From a virus (lineage: Duplodnaviria; Caudoviricetes): a DNA stretch of 64,000 bases. A program made the translations under genes and the position numbers. The notes below the pieces were generated by a model. The model saw only the letters and a program-made list of their open reading frames with translations. It made no database searches and had not been told where the DNA came from. Position 1 is the stretch's first letter. Each line of letters opens with the position of its first letter. This document shows positions 27,736 to 38,057 of the stretch, piece after piece. The stretch covers positions 160,001 to 224,000 of the IMG/VR virus record IMGVR_UViG_3300042291_000844. One strand, given 5' to 3'.

Positions 27736-27891
27736 ATTACCATCGTTGTTTTTTGTTAACTCCTATCCATGTATCTCGTTTCTTATCGTTTACCTCTTTG
27801 ATTTTTGGACGGGGTTTTAATTTTATTTTTACGGGAGTTTCAATATTCTCCCACTTCTCTATATTGTTGGGGTCGATTCGTGCCATATCGG

Positions 27892-28203
27892 TTACAATAA
27901 AAATTCAGTATCGTCACCGGTTGAATAAGGTATATATTGAGAAACAAATTCTTGATGGTTTCTCCACCTTTCTGCATCTTCTCTTAGTTGACGAATCTCA
28001 TCTCTCAATTCTACTGCTTCTGCATGTAATTGTTGAATCTCTGCTTTTAATCTTTCATTATCTCCTTGTATATTAAGGATTTGCAATTGGTAAACTCTAT
28101 TGTTACCATCTTCATATACTCCCATGTGTTTGTCTATGTTTTGTGTGTAGGTTGTTCCATCACTCAATGGAAAGGTTTTCGTTAAATAATCCTCACGATT
28201 CAT
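27892..28203 (-). CDS. Coiled-coil hypothetical protein
   Basis: Central heptad repeats. Confidence 0.65.
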   Translation of the reverse strand: MNREDYLTKTFPLSDGTTYTQNIDKHMGVYEDGNNRVYQLQILNIQGDNERLKAEIQQLHAEAVELRDEIRQLREDAERWRNHQEFVSQYIPYSTGDDTEFLL

Positions 28204-28349
28204 TTACTTCGTTTCTAATTTATTTATCCAAAGATTTAGTTGTTCACATATTTTTGGATAGTTACCAGTCGATGCAAAGTAAGCCCAAATCTTATATAGT
28301 ATTGCTATTGTTAATTTTTTCATAGTATTGTGTGTTATATTATTAAATA

Positions 28350-29072
28350 TCACCCTAATTCATTTATTAAAAAATTTCCCCATTCTACGTGTGCTTCTGC
28401 AGTTGGGTGGTTACGTGGTAATAATTCTACATGTCCTTGTTTGAAATTATAATCATACATTGTATGTTTTTTAAAATCAGTAGGTAATCCATCCCATAAT
28501 ACTTCCAAATCCAGTTGATAATTAAATCTACTAAACTTATCAATTTTAGTTAGGGGTTCGGTTGGTAATTCATACTGATAAAAAGTATTAAAGAAATAGT
28601 AAGGGATTTTATGTTTAGATAAAAATGCAGATAAGGCAGTAATCTGATTAAAGGTTTTTATATATGATGGTATAATATGGGTTTGATTTAGGACAAACTC
28701 ATCTTCAGTTGTCTTATCCCTATCATTCTCACCCCATTTATCATATCCTACCCATAATCGCTCTTGTTGATATTCCGTACCATTCCACCATTCAAATCGG
28801 GTTGGTGCAGTCCATCCTATTACTATTATCAATTCATCAGATTTTACCCAACCAGTTTCTTCACTCCATATAGTTTTATCGGATAACCAACGGGATACAT
28901 CTCTAATTGTTTGACGATAGATATAATCATTTGAAACTCCGGCAGTTGCATTGTTGCAATCTATCCATCCATAATGTTTTGCAATATGATGTGAAAATCG
29001 TTGGGTTTCTTTATCCTCTAACTCTGCACCCCATACTACGGAATCACCATGTGTGTATAGTACTTTACTCAT
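28350..29072 (-). CDS. SGNH-like hydrolase/acyltransferase (paralog 1)
   Basis: THGDSVVWG, NATAGVSND, NHPTAEAH. Confidence 0.7.
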   Translation of the reverse strand: MSKVLYTHGDSVVWGAELEDKETQRFSHHIAKHYGWIDCNNATAGVSNDYIYRQTIRDVSRWLSDKTIWSEETGWVKSDELIIVIGWTAPTRFEWWNGTEYQQERLWVGYDKWGENDRDKTTEDEFVLNQTHIIPSYIKTFNQITALSAFLSKHKIPYYFFNTFYQYELPTEPLTKIDKFSRFNYQLDLEVLWDGLPTDFKKHTMYDYNFKQGHVELLPRNHPTAEAHVEWGNFLINELG

Positions 29073-29701
29073 TACTGATATATTTTTTGTGTGCTCAAAT
29101 CATTATACAACCAACTACCACCACAATGTGGATTATTTGAATGTATCTTTGATGAATGAAATATTTCTAATCCTCTCTGTGCTTGTTCTGGTGACATGTA
29201 CATATGCCAACCTATACAATCAAACTCATCCTCTTTATATAATTTGTATTTATGTCTGCCATCGTATATCATCGGTCTTGCCCACTCATTGAATTTTTCA
29301 TCATCAGTAAGTATCATACCACCTTGTCCAATATTTAGGATTTTCTTAATGTGAAACGATAATATCATATAATTTTCACCATCGTACATTCCTTGATGAA
29401 ATGCAGTTGCTGCATCTACTATTGGTGCACCATCGAATTTATATAAACCATCCCATTCGTAATCTTCGAATACCGGTTTGTTACCAGATAGGATAATTTG
29501 GTTTGGTACGGATACATAAGTTCGTGCAGGTATTCCAATTTCTTGACCGGTTATACCCAAATAGTGTAATACCAAGCGAATTGCATTAGAATTTGAATCA
29601 CATGCGATACCATACTTTGAACCACAATAATCTGCTATTTCATTTTCAAAGTGGGTAACCCAATCCCAACTATCATTTATTGTATAATCTCTCATATTCA
29701 T
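29072..29701 (-). CDS. DegT/DnrJ/EryC1/StrS-family PLP aminotransferase (short form)
   Basis: FENEIADYCG, VDAA, LSFHIKK..GQGGMILTDD. Confidence 0.85.
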   Translation of the reverse strand: MNMRDYTINDSWDWVTHFENEIADYCGSKYGIACDSNSNAIRLVLHYLGITGQEIGIPARTYVSVPNQIILSGNKPVFEDYEWDGLYKFDGAPIVDAATAFHQGMYDGENYMILSFHIKKILNIGQGGMILTDDEKFNEWARPMIYDGRHKYKLYKEDEFDCIGWHMYMSPEQAQRGLEIFHSSKIHSNNPHCGGSWLYNDLSTQKIYQ

Positions 29702-30485
29702 TTAATATTAATTTTGCAAAATAATTTGATGCGTATTCATTCGGATGACCACCATTACCTTGTGTATATTTGTTATATTTTAAAGGGTCTAATAACATAT
29801 GTACAGCCATTGTGTTTCCATAAAACGATATCCATCGTTCATCGTTAAATATCTTATCAATTACTTCTTGATTTAAAATACACGACATATGACTTGACCG
29901 GATTATTGGTTCATTTAAATGTATATCGACGTGAGTATTTTTTAATATAATTTTATCATTATTAATAACTACTTTACTATCAGCAATTGCATCAAAAAAT
30001 AAATAAGGAATTTTATGTAATTCTAAAAAGTTTTTTAAATTTAACATTGCTACATATGTTTCATATACAGCATAATTCCAAGTTGAAAATAAGGGTGATA
30101 AGATATCTCGATGTTCCATAACATAACCATGATATGAATCAATTCCACGAGATTTCCAATCACCTTTCTGGCCATCATGGATAAAATCTTGAGGACGGAT
30201 TGTTATTATTTCATGATAATCATTTTTATGCAAAAACGTACCCAACATTCTAGTAATTTCTGACCATGCAACTACTACTATTGAATTTGATATTAGTTCT
30301 GGATTAGTGGTTAGATATCCAATTATGCTAGTTGATATATAAGAATTACCCGCACCACCCTGTGCACGATTATGTAATTTCAACCCCATCATTTCACTTA
30401 AATAAGTTGCCCAACTACCTTTTGCTTCTAAGGTATGACCTTTTGTGAATGAACACCCGGATACTATTAAGTTTGTTTTATCCAT
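29673..30485 (-). CDS. SGNH-like protein (paralog 2)
   Basis: VSGCSFT, NRAQGGAGN, GHPN. Confidence 0.65.
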   Translation of the reverse strand: MDKTNLIVSGCSFTKGHTLEAKGSWATYLSEMMGLKLHNRAQGGAGNSYISTSIIGYLTTNPELISNSIVVVAWSEITRMLGTFLHKNDYHEIITIRPQDFIHDGQKGDWKSRGIDSYHGYVMEHRDILSPLFSTWNYAVYETYVAMLNLKNFLELHKIPYLFFDAIADSKVVINNDKIILKNTHVDIHLNEPIIRSSHMSCILNQEVIDKIFNDERWISFYGNTMAVHMLLDPLKYNKYTQGNGGHPNEYASNYFAKLILNEYERLYNK

Positions 30486-31395
30486 ATATTAATGGCATTA
30501 ATTCTTCTTTAACAAATTTTTCCATCATTTGAGGTGATGGATGACCCCAACCATTAGGTTGCTCTTTTAAATATTCCTCAAATGAAATATCCTTTGTTTC
30601 TTGAAATGGATTTATATCTTCGTAATTATCAAGTGTCCATTCTAATAATCCACAATAATTTTTATAGTGCCAGTGGTTTGGGGTATTTATTGGTAATGAA
30701 TCGATATAAGGTTTCAGAACTTCATACTCATTAAACCATAATGATTTAGTTGTTGCATCGGAATCATTATCAGGTGCACCGAAATGACATTGATATGCTT
30801 CCTTTGAATATGGATTTCGCATACTCATATAGTAAGTTTGAATTCCCAACTCTTTACATTCCTTTTCTAATAATGTCCATAATTCTAACCAATGCATTGT
30901 TTGGTTTATGATATTATTCCAATTGATATCCAATTCCCAATATTTTATTGCATTGGGTATATTAAAATATTCAATAGCAGAATCAGGTCCATCAGGTGGA
31001 CAATATCCACCAGTTAAAAAAAAGACACCATTTTCAGTTTCCCATTTTGGAGTGTATACCAATGTATGGCCTAAATGATGTTGTTCTTTTGTAAATTTTT
31101 TAGTTAAATAGATTGATTGTCTTGTAGGGTCAGACCATTGAGTTATTAGAGTTATATCTGTTGGATTAACTCCATCTGATATCAATCGTTTTAAATGATA
31201 TAATTGAATCCTACACATTGATACGTTATCATTAGTTGCACCACCATAATTTAGAACTTCATATTCTCTACCCAATTCTTTACCTAAAAAGTATGGCCAA
31301 GATAGACGATTTTCGTCAAGATTTGATTTTGGATTATTCGGGTCTAATCTTAGATTATTAGTAAATGAACAGCCAGTTGTTATAACATATTTCAT
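30478..31395 (-). CDS. SGNH-like protein (paralog 3)
   Basis: TTGCSFT, NYGGATNDN, GHPS. Confidence 0.65.
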   Translation of the reverse strand: MKYVITTGCSFTNNLRLDPNNPKSNLDENRLSWPYFLGKELGREYEVLNYGGATNDNVSMCRIQLYHLKRLISDGVNPTDITLITQWSDPTRQSIYLTKKFTKEQHHLGHTLVYTPKWETENGVFFLTGGYCPPDGPDSAIEYFNIPNAIKYWELDINWNNIINQTMHWLELWTLLEKECKELGIQTYYMSMRNPYSKEAYQCHFGAPDNDSDATTKSLWFNEYEVLKPYIDSLPINTPNHWHYKNYCGLLEWTLDNYEDINPFQETKDISFEEYLKEQPNGWGHPSPQMMEKFVKEELMPLIYG

Positions 31396-31408
31396 ATAAT
31401 ATTTTTAA

Positions 31409-32257
31409 TTATCCAAGTACACTAATTATCTTATCACTAATACCATAAGTATCTGAAAAGCTGGTATATACAATCTCATTTGGATGTAATCCATACCACA
31501 AATTACCACGTTCTATTGGATTTTCATTATATAAAAATTCATTTCCTTTGAATTTATCTATTGAATATTCATCAATTCCTCCGTAATTATTACCAGGTGT
31601 TTTATGAAAAACAAAATTATCTAAATCAATAATATTCCATAAATAGTTACAATAATCGGACATATCTTTAATATTCAATGTATCAGTTAAATCGGGAGTA
31701 TTTGGGCCGATGGTTGATGAGTAAAGATGTTTAAAATCAGCATACCAACCTTCAAATACATTATTCATCATAAATAAAGTATGACCTATTTTATGCGTTT
31801 TTAAAAATGATTGAAGAATTACAACATTTTCTAAATAAATTTCAAAATTTTGAATTGGTAATCTACTATTATTTATATTAGATATTTGATTTTTTTCCCA
31901 ATCCATAATAGTTTTTTCCATATGGATTAATGAAGTTACCACATGATTTCCTATTTTATAACGAGTCTTATATTCATCGGATAAATCAGATAAAAGATAA
32001 TCAGGGCATTTTACAAATTTTCTTCCAATTTGTGTTAAATTAGTTAATACATAAATTTGAGATGAGCTAACCCCCTTATTTAATAACTCACCAATTTTAT
32101 GTATTATAGATTCTTTAATATATTCAATTGATACTGCTGCAATACCAACCCAATGAACTTCATATCTATTATCAAATATAGGAAGTGTGTGATTAGGAAA
32201 TTCGGTAGGGTTATGTTTCCAATGATAACTACACCCACCAACTATTAAATGTTTCAT
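31409..32257 (-). CDS. SGNH-like protein (paralog 4)
   Basis: Start moved to MKHLIVGGCSY; C-terminal LHPN. Confidence 0.6.
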   Translation of the reverse strand: MKHLIVGGCSYHWKHNPTEFPNHTLPIFDNRYEVHWVGIAAVSIEYIKESIIHKIGELLNKGVSSSQIYVLTNLTQIGRKFVKCPDYLLSDLSDEYKTRYKIGNHVVTSLIHMEKTIMDWEKNQISNINNSRLPIQNFEIYLENVVILQSFLKTHKIGHTLFMMNNVFEGWYADFKHLYSSTIGPNTPDLTDTLNIKDMSDYCNYLWNIIDLDNFVFHKTPGNNYGGIDEYSIDKFKGNEFLYNENPIERGNLWYGLHPNEIVYTSFSDTYGISDKIISVLG

Positions 32258-32258
32258 T

Positions 32259-33062
32259 TTAAATATGTGAGGATGGTAATATATTTTTAGGACTATACCC
32301 ATAATCTTCACCACCTTTACCAACAAAATGTCCACTCCATTCGGCATCTTCATGCAGTTTATGGTGTGAGTAATCATTTGTAGTATAGGTACTTCTATGT
32401 GGTGGATTTTCTTTATCTGGTTCGGATGTTGAAATGTAATAAAAGAAACGTATCGCACATCTACCATATACATCATCGGGGCAATCAACTTTACTTACTG
32501 AATGAACTGGTCCTTTTGGAACATTTTCAGAAATAATAAAACGATTAAAAAGTGGTGCAATAGATTCAACTATTTTTGCATTAGGGTCTAATTCAGGATT
32601 AGTAGTCCATTGTACATTATGCCCACCCCATTCTGATTTCCAATCCGGTGTGATATATAATATGCCTGTAAGTTTTCTATGTAATCTTAATCTATCATTC
32701 CAATTGAAATCAAAGTGTGGAGATAGTATCGTTCCCTTTCTTAAAATAGAATATCCTGCACCAACTAAGTGTGGGTCAGGTAATAATCCTACAATTCCTG
32801 TCATATTTTCAAGTTGATATAAAAACTCACCTGAATGCATTATATCGTATGTAACTCTATGTGCGGTTGGTAATGAAATTAGGTCATTAAACTCCTCCAT
32901 ACGAGAACCGGCACGGGTGAATACCGTCCATCCACCTTTGGGTGCATTCATACACTCCTCATAAAGTTTCATGCAGGTTTCCTGGTCTAAAAAGTTATCA
33001 ATTGTAACTCTAGGAAATCCTTCCTCTTTGTTTCTATCCCATTCTACTTTTTTGTTAATCAT
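32259..33062 (-). CDS. 2OG-Fe(II) oxygenase (prolyl-4-hydroxylase-like)
   Basis: PDPHLVGAG, HFD (HxD), W..EWGG, HSV, distal R. Confidence 0.85.
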   Translation of the reverse strand: MINKKVEWDRNKEEGFPRVTIDNFLDQETCMKLYEECMNAPKGGWTVFTRAGSRMEEFNDLISLPTAHRVTYDIMHSGEFLYQLENMTGIVGLLPDPHLVGAGYSILRKGTILSPHFDFNWNDRLRLHRKLTGILYITPDWKSEWGGHNVQWTTNPELDPNAKIVESIAPLFNRFIISENVPKGPVHSVSKVDCPDDVYGRCAIRFFYYISTSEPDKENPPHRSTYTTNDYSHHKLHEDAEWSGHFVGKGGEDYGYSPKNILPSSHI

Positions 33063-33078
33063 ATTTTTAATTTTGGGG

Positions 33079-33483
33079 TTACCAACTAATTTCCCAGTCT
33101 TTAAAATCAGATGCCAAACAATCTATCTTATAATCTTTTCTACCACCTACCACTTCTTGTATCTTATTCTTTGCAGTATTTCTGATTCCGTTTAATCCAT
33201 GAGTTAAAGTTAATGCGTTTGCACCAGATACTCCGTTTCGTACATTGGATTCATTGTGCCAGATATGTAAATTCATTTGTGCAAGAACTACGATTGCCCT
33301 TACCTGTTCTCCTGTAAGTCTACCATCAGTTTGGTTTAAAATCATTTCAATATCATGTACGATTTCATCAATTTCCTTTGCATATTCCAATTTATGGTCT
33401 GCTATGAATACTTCTTTTAATTGTGAAATTGATAACCTATCTATCAATTCTGCTAATGTGGGTAAATACTTTCTTTCTGACAT
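33079..33483 (-). CDS. Helical hypothetical protein (DUF6165-like)
   Basis: TLAELIDRLSISQLKE N-terminal motif. Confidence 0.45.
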   Translation of the reverse strand: MSERKYLPTLAELIDRLSISQLKEVFIADHKLEYAKEIDEIVHDIEMILNQTDGRLTGEQVRAIVVLAQMNLHIWHNESNVRNGVSGANALTLTHGLNGIRNTAKNKIQEVVGGRKDYKIDCLASDFKDWEISW

Positions 33484-33486
33484 AAT

Positions 33487-34227
33487 TTATATAGTTGATA
33501 CGCCTCTCTTTTGTACTACAAGAGTTGCTTTTTGATTTGCAAATTCTATTGATTCCGATACATCTAATGTTTCTACATATTTGAATACAAATGATGACAT
33601 CCATGTATCACCTGCTCCACTTAAATCACGTACTTCAATTGAATTATCAACTGAGTATCTCTTTCGTTGATACATACAACCTCTTTCAGACATGGTAACT
33701 ATTAATTTACTTTCCCACTCATCATATACTGCACCATGTTTCAAGCAGTTTTCCCACTCTACTTCATTCATTTTAACGAATGTGTAATTTTCAAAGTAAT
33801 TATGTTCTATTACTTTTTTAGTATCAATGAATGATAACTTTGCTCTTTCTGAAATATCTTGAATATCTTTTAGGGTTAGGAATCCCTTATCATAATCCGC
33901 AACTACTACTGCATCATACGAATCAAAATCTACTTTCTTTACATCAAAGGTGTTTCTAACTTTATCATTAGAATCCACTCTTAAAAGCATTTGATTTGAT
34001 TTTTCTTCTACATATCGAGTCTTTGTAATTTGTTCGTGGTTAGATATTAATTCAACTTTTTCCACTCCCAACTTGCGTAGATTTGCAACTACGTTTCCTG
34101 CCATTCCATCGTTGGTAATAGTCTTTGAGGGTTCAAAGACAGGTATTGGTGCTTCCGGACTTAATCGATGACAACGACCATAAATAAACACATCCGTGCA
34201 ATTATCGCCTATAACTAAAATCTTCAT
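33487..34227 (-). CDS. rfaE: HldE/RfaE-type PfkB sugar-phosphate kinase domain
   Basis: VIGD..DVFIYG...RLSPEAPIPV, GMAGNV, DYDKG, DLSGAGDT. Confidence 0.88.
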   Translation of the reverse strand: MKILVIGDNCTDVFIYGRCHRLSPEAPIPVFEPSKTITNDGMAGNVVANLRKLGVEKVELISNHEQITKTRYVEEKSNQMLLRVDSNDKVRNTFDVKKVDFDSYDAVVVADYDKGFLTLKDIQDISERAKLSFIDTKKVIEHNYFENYTFVKMNEVEWENCLKHGAVYDEWESKLIVTMSERGCMYQRKRYSVDNSIEVRDLSGAGDTWMSSFVFKYVETLDVSESIEFANQKATLVVQKRGVSTI

Positions 34228-34287
34228 AACAATATAAATTAAATGTATCTTATATCTTTAAATATTAAAAATATATTTTTTGCCACA

Positions 34288-35292
34288 TTATATATTATGA
34301 AAATAGGACGAATTAATCAATTCTTTGTAATATGAATATTCTTTTTTTAATAAATGAGAGATTGCCTCCATTTTATGGATTTCTCCATTGTGGATTTTAA
34401 CTAAAAAATCATATATATGAGAATTTGATTGCTTAGATTTTATTATTTTACTATAATCCGTACTATAAATAAAATCATTTGTAAATGTATCAAAAAATTC
34501 AAATGCACTTTTTGTATTACATTGATTTAAATCTACTATTTTATTTTTACTATCATCAATTTCAATTAATAGAGATTTTATATTATCTAAATAAGTTTCA
34601 GTATGTACATCTTGCATTAATAAATCCCATTTATATTCAAGAACATATAATAGTATTTTTACGAATGGTTCAATACCTTCAATTGTATCATGCCCCCAAT
34701 CTAATCGTTGATTAAAATTCTCAGCAAAAAACTTATCTGAATTATTACAAATAATTTCAAATTCCTCATCAGATATATCAATTATTTTTTGTATTTTAAT
34801 TTGCTCATTTCTATCGTTGATGATTTCTTTACAAAAACTTGTTAATATTTGAGTTGCACCTGAGAAAAAGCGTTCTACTGGGTTTCTTACAATAAAAATA
34901 AATGGTTTTTTGTTTTTCTTAAAGAAATCAGTTATATTATCAACCTCATTATAATTTAAAAAACTTTCAACGTCTTTCCATTTACCATGATAGTGGTCAA
35001 AATCAAATTCAATAAGATAATTTGTAAGTTTTGTTTTGAAAATTTGATTATATTTTTCAGTTGGAACAATGCCGTCTATTTTAACAAATTTTATATCTAT
35101 TTGTTTTGAGTTATTAAATATCTCATTTGAAGTTGAGGGTAGTTCTGCTAATACATGAAAAAATCTTGTACCAACTTTTTTATAATTAACAACTATAACG
35201 TTATCAAAAATAGTAAGAGTTGGTTCAAATACTATATGACTCAGGGAATTAACCCTATCCTCAATTGTATTGTTTATTGAATTAGAATTCAT
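34288..35292 (-). CDS. Sulfotransferase-like protein
   Basis: YKKVGTRFF and VRNPVERFFSG. Confidence 0.6.
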   Translation of the reverse strand: MNSNSINNTIEDRVNSLSHIVFEPTLTIFDNVIVVNYKKVGTRFFHVLAELPSTSNEIFNNSKQIDIKFVKIDGIVPTEKYNQIFKTKLTNYLIEFDFDHYHGKWKDVESFLNYNEVDNITDFFKKNKKPFIFIVRNPVERFFSGATQILTSFCKEIINDRNEQIKIQKIIDISDEEFEIICNNSDKFFAENFNQRLDWGHDTIEGIEPFVKILLYVLEYKWDLLMQDVHTETYLDNIKSLLIEIDDSKNKIVDLNQCNTKSAFEFFDTFTNDFIYSTDYSKIIKSKQSNSHIYDFLVKIHNGEIHKMEAISHLLKKEYSYYKELINSSYFHNI

Positions 35293-35614
35293 TTATTTTT
35301 TTATTTGTATAGTTTTTTAATTCAGTAACTCGCTGACACATTTCATATTCTTCATTTTCTAATGCCCATTCCATTATTTTATCTAATGTTTCATCATACC
35401 CATCTTTATAAATTGAAAAATCATATGCCATATGTTTCCCTCTTACAAATGCTTCAACTCTTAGGCATTTAACCTCATTTAACTCATTATATAATAATTC
35501 TTCACACCCAATCAATAATTCAGACATTAATACTGATTTACCTCTATCAGTTGCCCATTCAAAAATATCAGAATTACCTATATAAATTGTTAATATTTCT
35601 TTTGGTTCATCCAT
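35282..35614 (-). CDS. Hypothetical protein with C-terminal UVR-like motif
   Basis: EWALENEEYEMCQRVTEL. Confidence 0.5.
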   Translation of the reverse strand: MDEPKEILTIYIGNSDIFEWATDRGKSVLMSELLIGCEELLYNELNEVKCLRVEAFVRGKHMAYDFSIYKDGYDETLDKIMEWALENEEYEMCQRVTELKNYTNKKINEF

Positions 35615-36486
35615 TAGTGTTTTAAATCTAGCAATTCATTATACGCATCTAATTCGTGCACTAGAAATGCTTGAATACTATCAATTAACGTATCTATGTT
35701 AAATTTGTTTTCATTAATTAACCAATTATTTAAATATTTTTTATTCGATGGTTGAAGTATTACTGGAAATACTGACATATCCTCTTTATTATCTAAATCT
35801 ATTATTTTTATTTTAGATTCTAATCTATATTTTTTTACAAATTTGCTTAAAAAAATATGCCAACCTGATGCATGTTCATCTCTAACCAAATCTGGACCAG
35901 TTGTTAATGCATACTCATTCAAAATTTTGTTAATACTTTCAGTTGATAATTGATTAAAATTATACCCATTAGAAGGTGTAATTATTATTTGAAAATATTT
36001 TTGGAAAATATCTCTTGAAAAAGGATGTATCATTGAATTTGAAAAATATGCATCACAATTTTCTATAAAAGCAGTTAATGTGCGTTTAATCGGTTCTCTT
36101 ACAATAGCAACTAATTGCCATTGATTTAATACATCATCACTTATTATCTCTGATATTTTTTTTATTTTTAATTTTGAGAAAAATGAATCAACGGTTAAAT
36201 ATGATTTTGACGATACATCAAAATAATAATTATCAAAAATTAATCTAGAATCAAAATTAGGGTCTGTTTTTTGACTATCAGTATATCTTAAAATTTTAAA
36301 TTCTATTGTAGTAGGATTATCTGTTCCTTGATTTGGTTTTGTAATATCTTCAAAATATCTACTACCTATTTTTTTTGTTGTAAAAATCATTTGACTTGCA
36401 AATAACGATATACACAATATAGGTAATTCTGAGCCTTCTTTAAAAAGAATGTCTCTTTTTATTTCATCAATATTTTGTTGATTCAT
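35614..36486 (-). CDS. Sulfotransferase-like protein
   Basis: TKKIGSRYF and VREPIKRTLTAF. Confidence 0.55.
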   Translation of the reverse strand: MNQQNIDEIKRDILFKEGSELPILCISLFASQMIFTTKKIGSRYFEDITKPNQGTDNPTTIEFKILRYTDSQKTDPNFDSRLIFDNYYFDVSSKSYLTVDSFFSKLKIKKISEIISDDVLNQWQLVAIVREPIKRTLTAFIENCDAYFSNSMIHPFSRDIFQKYFQIIITPSNGYNFNQLSTESINKILNEYALTTGPDLVRDEHASGWHIFLSKFVKKYRLESKIKIIDLDNKEDMSVFPVILQPSNKKYLNNWLINENKFNIDTLIDSIQAFLVHELDAYNELLDLKH

Positions 36487-36706
36487 ATAACTTTACTTTT
36501 TTAAGTCTTTTTTTTTATTACGGAAATAATATTCTATGACATCCTTACGAGTTTCTCCAAATTGTTTATAATACAAATCTATATATTTTCTAGTTGCATC
36601 TATTTGTAATATATTAGACATTGAATTTATCACTTTTAGTAGTTTTTTCATATCAGTTTGATTATATCATATTCCTATAATATATATCTAACATTTAATT
36701 TTTACA

Positions 36707-37198
36707 CTAAAATAGGTGTGATAAACCTCGTGTGTTAGCCCTTTTGAATTGGATATCTATTTCAGATTTAGTGGTTGCCTCTTTAACCTGTTTCTTATAC
36801 CAATAGTATAAATTTTCTAATGTACCCTTACCTCTCTGACGTTCTAATGATTTTTCCCAAAGGTCTTTACCAAACTCTTGTGTTAATTCTTTTCGTAATT
36901 TCCAAAGGATTCTATTTTCATCTGCAAAGGCTTCTAATTCTAATTTAATAGCCTTAATTCGCTTCATCCTTCCAGCCTCCAAAGAAGCCTCATTACGATT
37001 TTTGATATCCGTACCCCCATAATTATTATAAGCATCCTCACTAGCTTTCTTGGCACTCTCTTTAACTTCCCTAGCTTCACTAAACATATAAGAATAATCA
37101 AAGTCACCATTTCGTATCTTTAATAAAAGTGGGGCATCTGAATGAAGTGGTTTATTTGGTCTTCCCTTCGTATACCATCTGAATTTATTGTAACTCAT
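36707..37198 (-). CDS. Hypothetical protein
   Basis: 163 aa ORF. Confidence 0.7.
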   Translation of the reverse strand: MSYNKFRWYTKGRPNKPLHSDAPLLLKIRNGDFDYSYMFSEAREVKESAKKASEDAYNNYGGTDIKNRNEASLEAGRMKRIKAIKLELEAFADENRILWKLRKELTQEFGKDLWEKSLERQRGKGTLENLYYWYKKQVKEATTKSEIDIQFKRANTRGLSHLF

Positions 37199-37716
37199 CT
37201 ATTTAATTTTTTAACACATTCATCAATCTTATCTCTCAATTTACCACCATTACCCCAATCACCACTAACTTGTACGTGATGAAATTGTGCGATACCTAAT
37301 GATTTGTAACCATAATTTAATTGCATATCATCAATAGAAATCCAATTAGTAGGTTTGAATGATTTAACCCATGTCTCAATCTCACACGCCCTATCCCATT
37401 GATTTGATGAACTCATTTTCTTTTTAGGATTGAAATGGGTTGTAGTATCCATTACATTCCATCTACCAATACCATAATGTTCAAATATCATAGCCAACTG
37501 AAGAATACCGAAATGTTTTTTCCAATCGGATGATACTACTAAACTGGCATCGGTTTGTTTTATGATTTCACTCAACGCATCACAATCTTCTTTAACCCAC
37601 GGGTATGGTATTGTGAATTCGGTTGGAGTTCCTTCCATTATTTTGACTTTACCTTCATCCCAAGTCCCCCATGCCAAAGGGCCATCAACATCTATAAAAA
37701 TTACTTTGCCTGACAT
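37195..37716 (-). CDS. HAD phosphatase, Swiss-army-knife RNA-repair type
   Basis: IFIDVDGPL, VVSSDWK, EI..WV, WISIDD. Confidence 0.8.
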   Translation of the reverse strand: MSGKVIFIDVDGPLAWGTWDEGKVKIMEGTPTEFTIPYPWVKEDCDALSEIIKQTDASLVVSSDWKKHFGILQLAMIFEHYGIGRWNVMDTTTHFNPKKKMSSSNQWDRACEIETWVKSFKPTNWISIDDMQLNYGYKSLGIAQFHHVQVSGDWGNGGKLRDKIDECVKKLNR

Positions 37717-37719
37717 GGA

Positions 37720-37983
37720 TTATAATTTTTCAACGCGTTCCATTACATCGGTTACATCCTCTGGCCTTAGGTAACCAATGACATCATCCGTAATAGGAGT
37801 GTCATAACATATATCACCATCTTTGAAAATAGCCAATTCGTACAATCCCTTAGCACCACCATATGAATGTGGGCTTTTTACTACGGATACTTCATACCCA
37901 TTATCGAATTGAGTTCTACTTACAATTCCATATTCAGAACCCATTGGGTTTATTTTGAATTGGATATCTTTAAATGTTTTCAT
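37720..37983 (-). CDS. Conserved phage hypothetical protein
   Basis: FDNGYEVSVV..SYGG..GLYELA..YDTPITDDVIGYL. Confidence 0.75.
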   Translation of the reverse strand: MKTFKDIQFKINPMGSEYGIVSRTQFDNGYEVSVVKSPHSYGGAKGLYELAIFKDGDICYDTPITDDVIGYLRPEDVTDVMERVEKL

Positions 37984-38011
37984 AACTTTTTAGTTTAAAT
38001 TTTAAAAATTT

Positions 38012-38054
38012 GAGTGGAGTAGGGATTCGAACCCTACACTCCTAAAGCTCCACT
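38012..38054 (-). ncRNA. tRNA minihelix (acceptor stem plus T arm only)
   Basis: AGTGGAG/CTCCACT 7-bp stem; TAGGG-TTCGAAT-CCCTA T arm; 11-nt linker replaces the D and anticodon arms. Confidence 0.7.
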
Positions 38055-38057
38055 TAA

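Noticed and set aside
32258-32488. Track N-terminal 77 aa of ORF 31409..32488
   Set aside because: Lies within the 2OG oxygenase gene in another frame; the SGNH motif begins at MKHLIVGGCS
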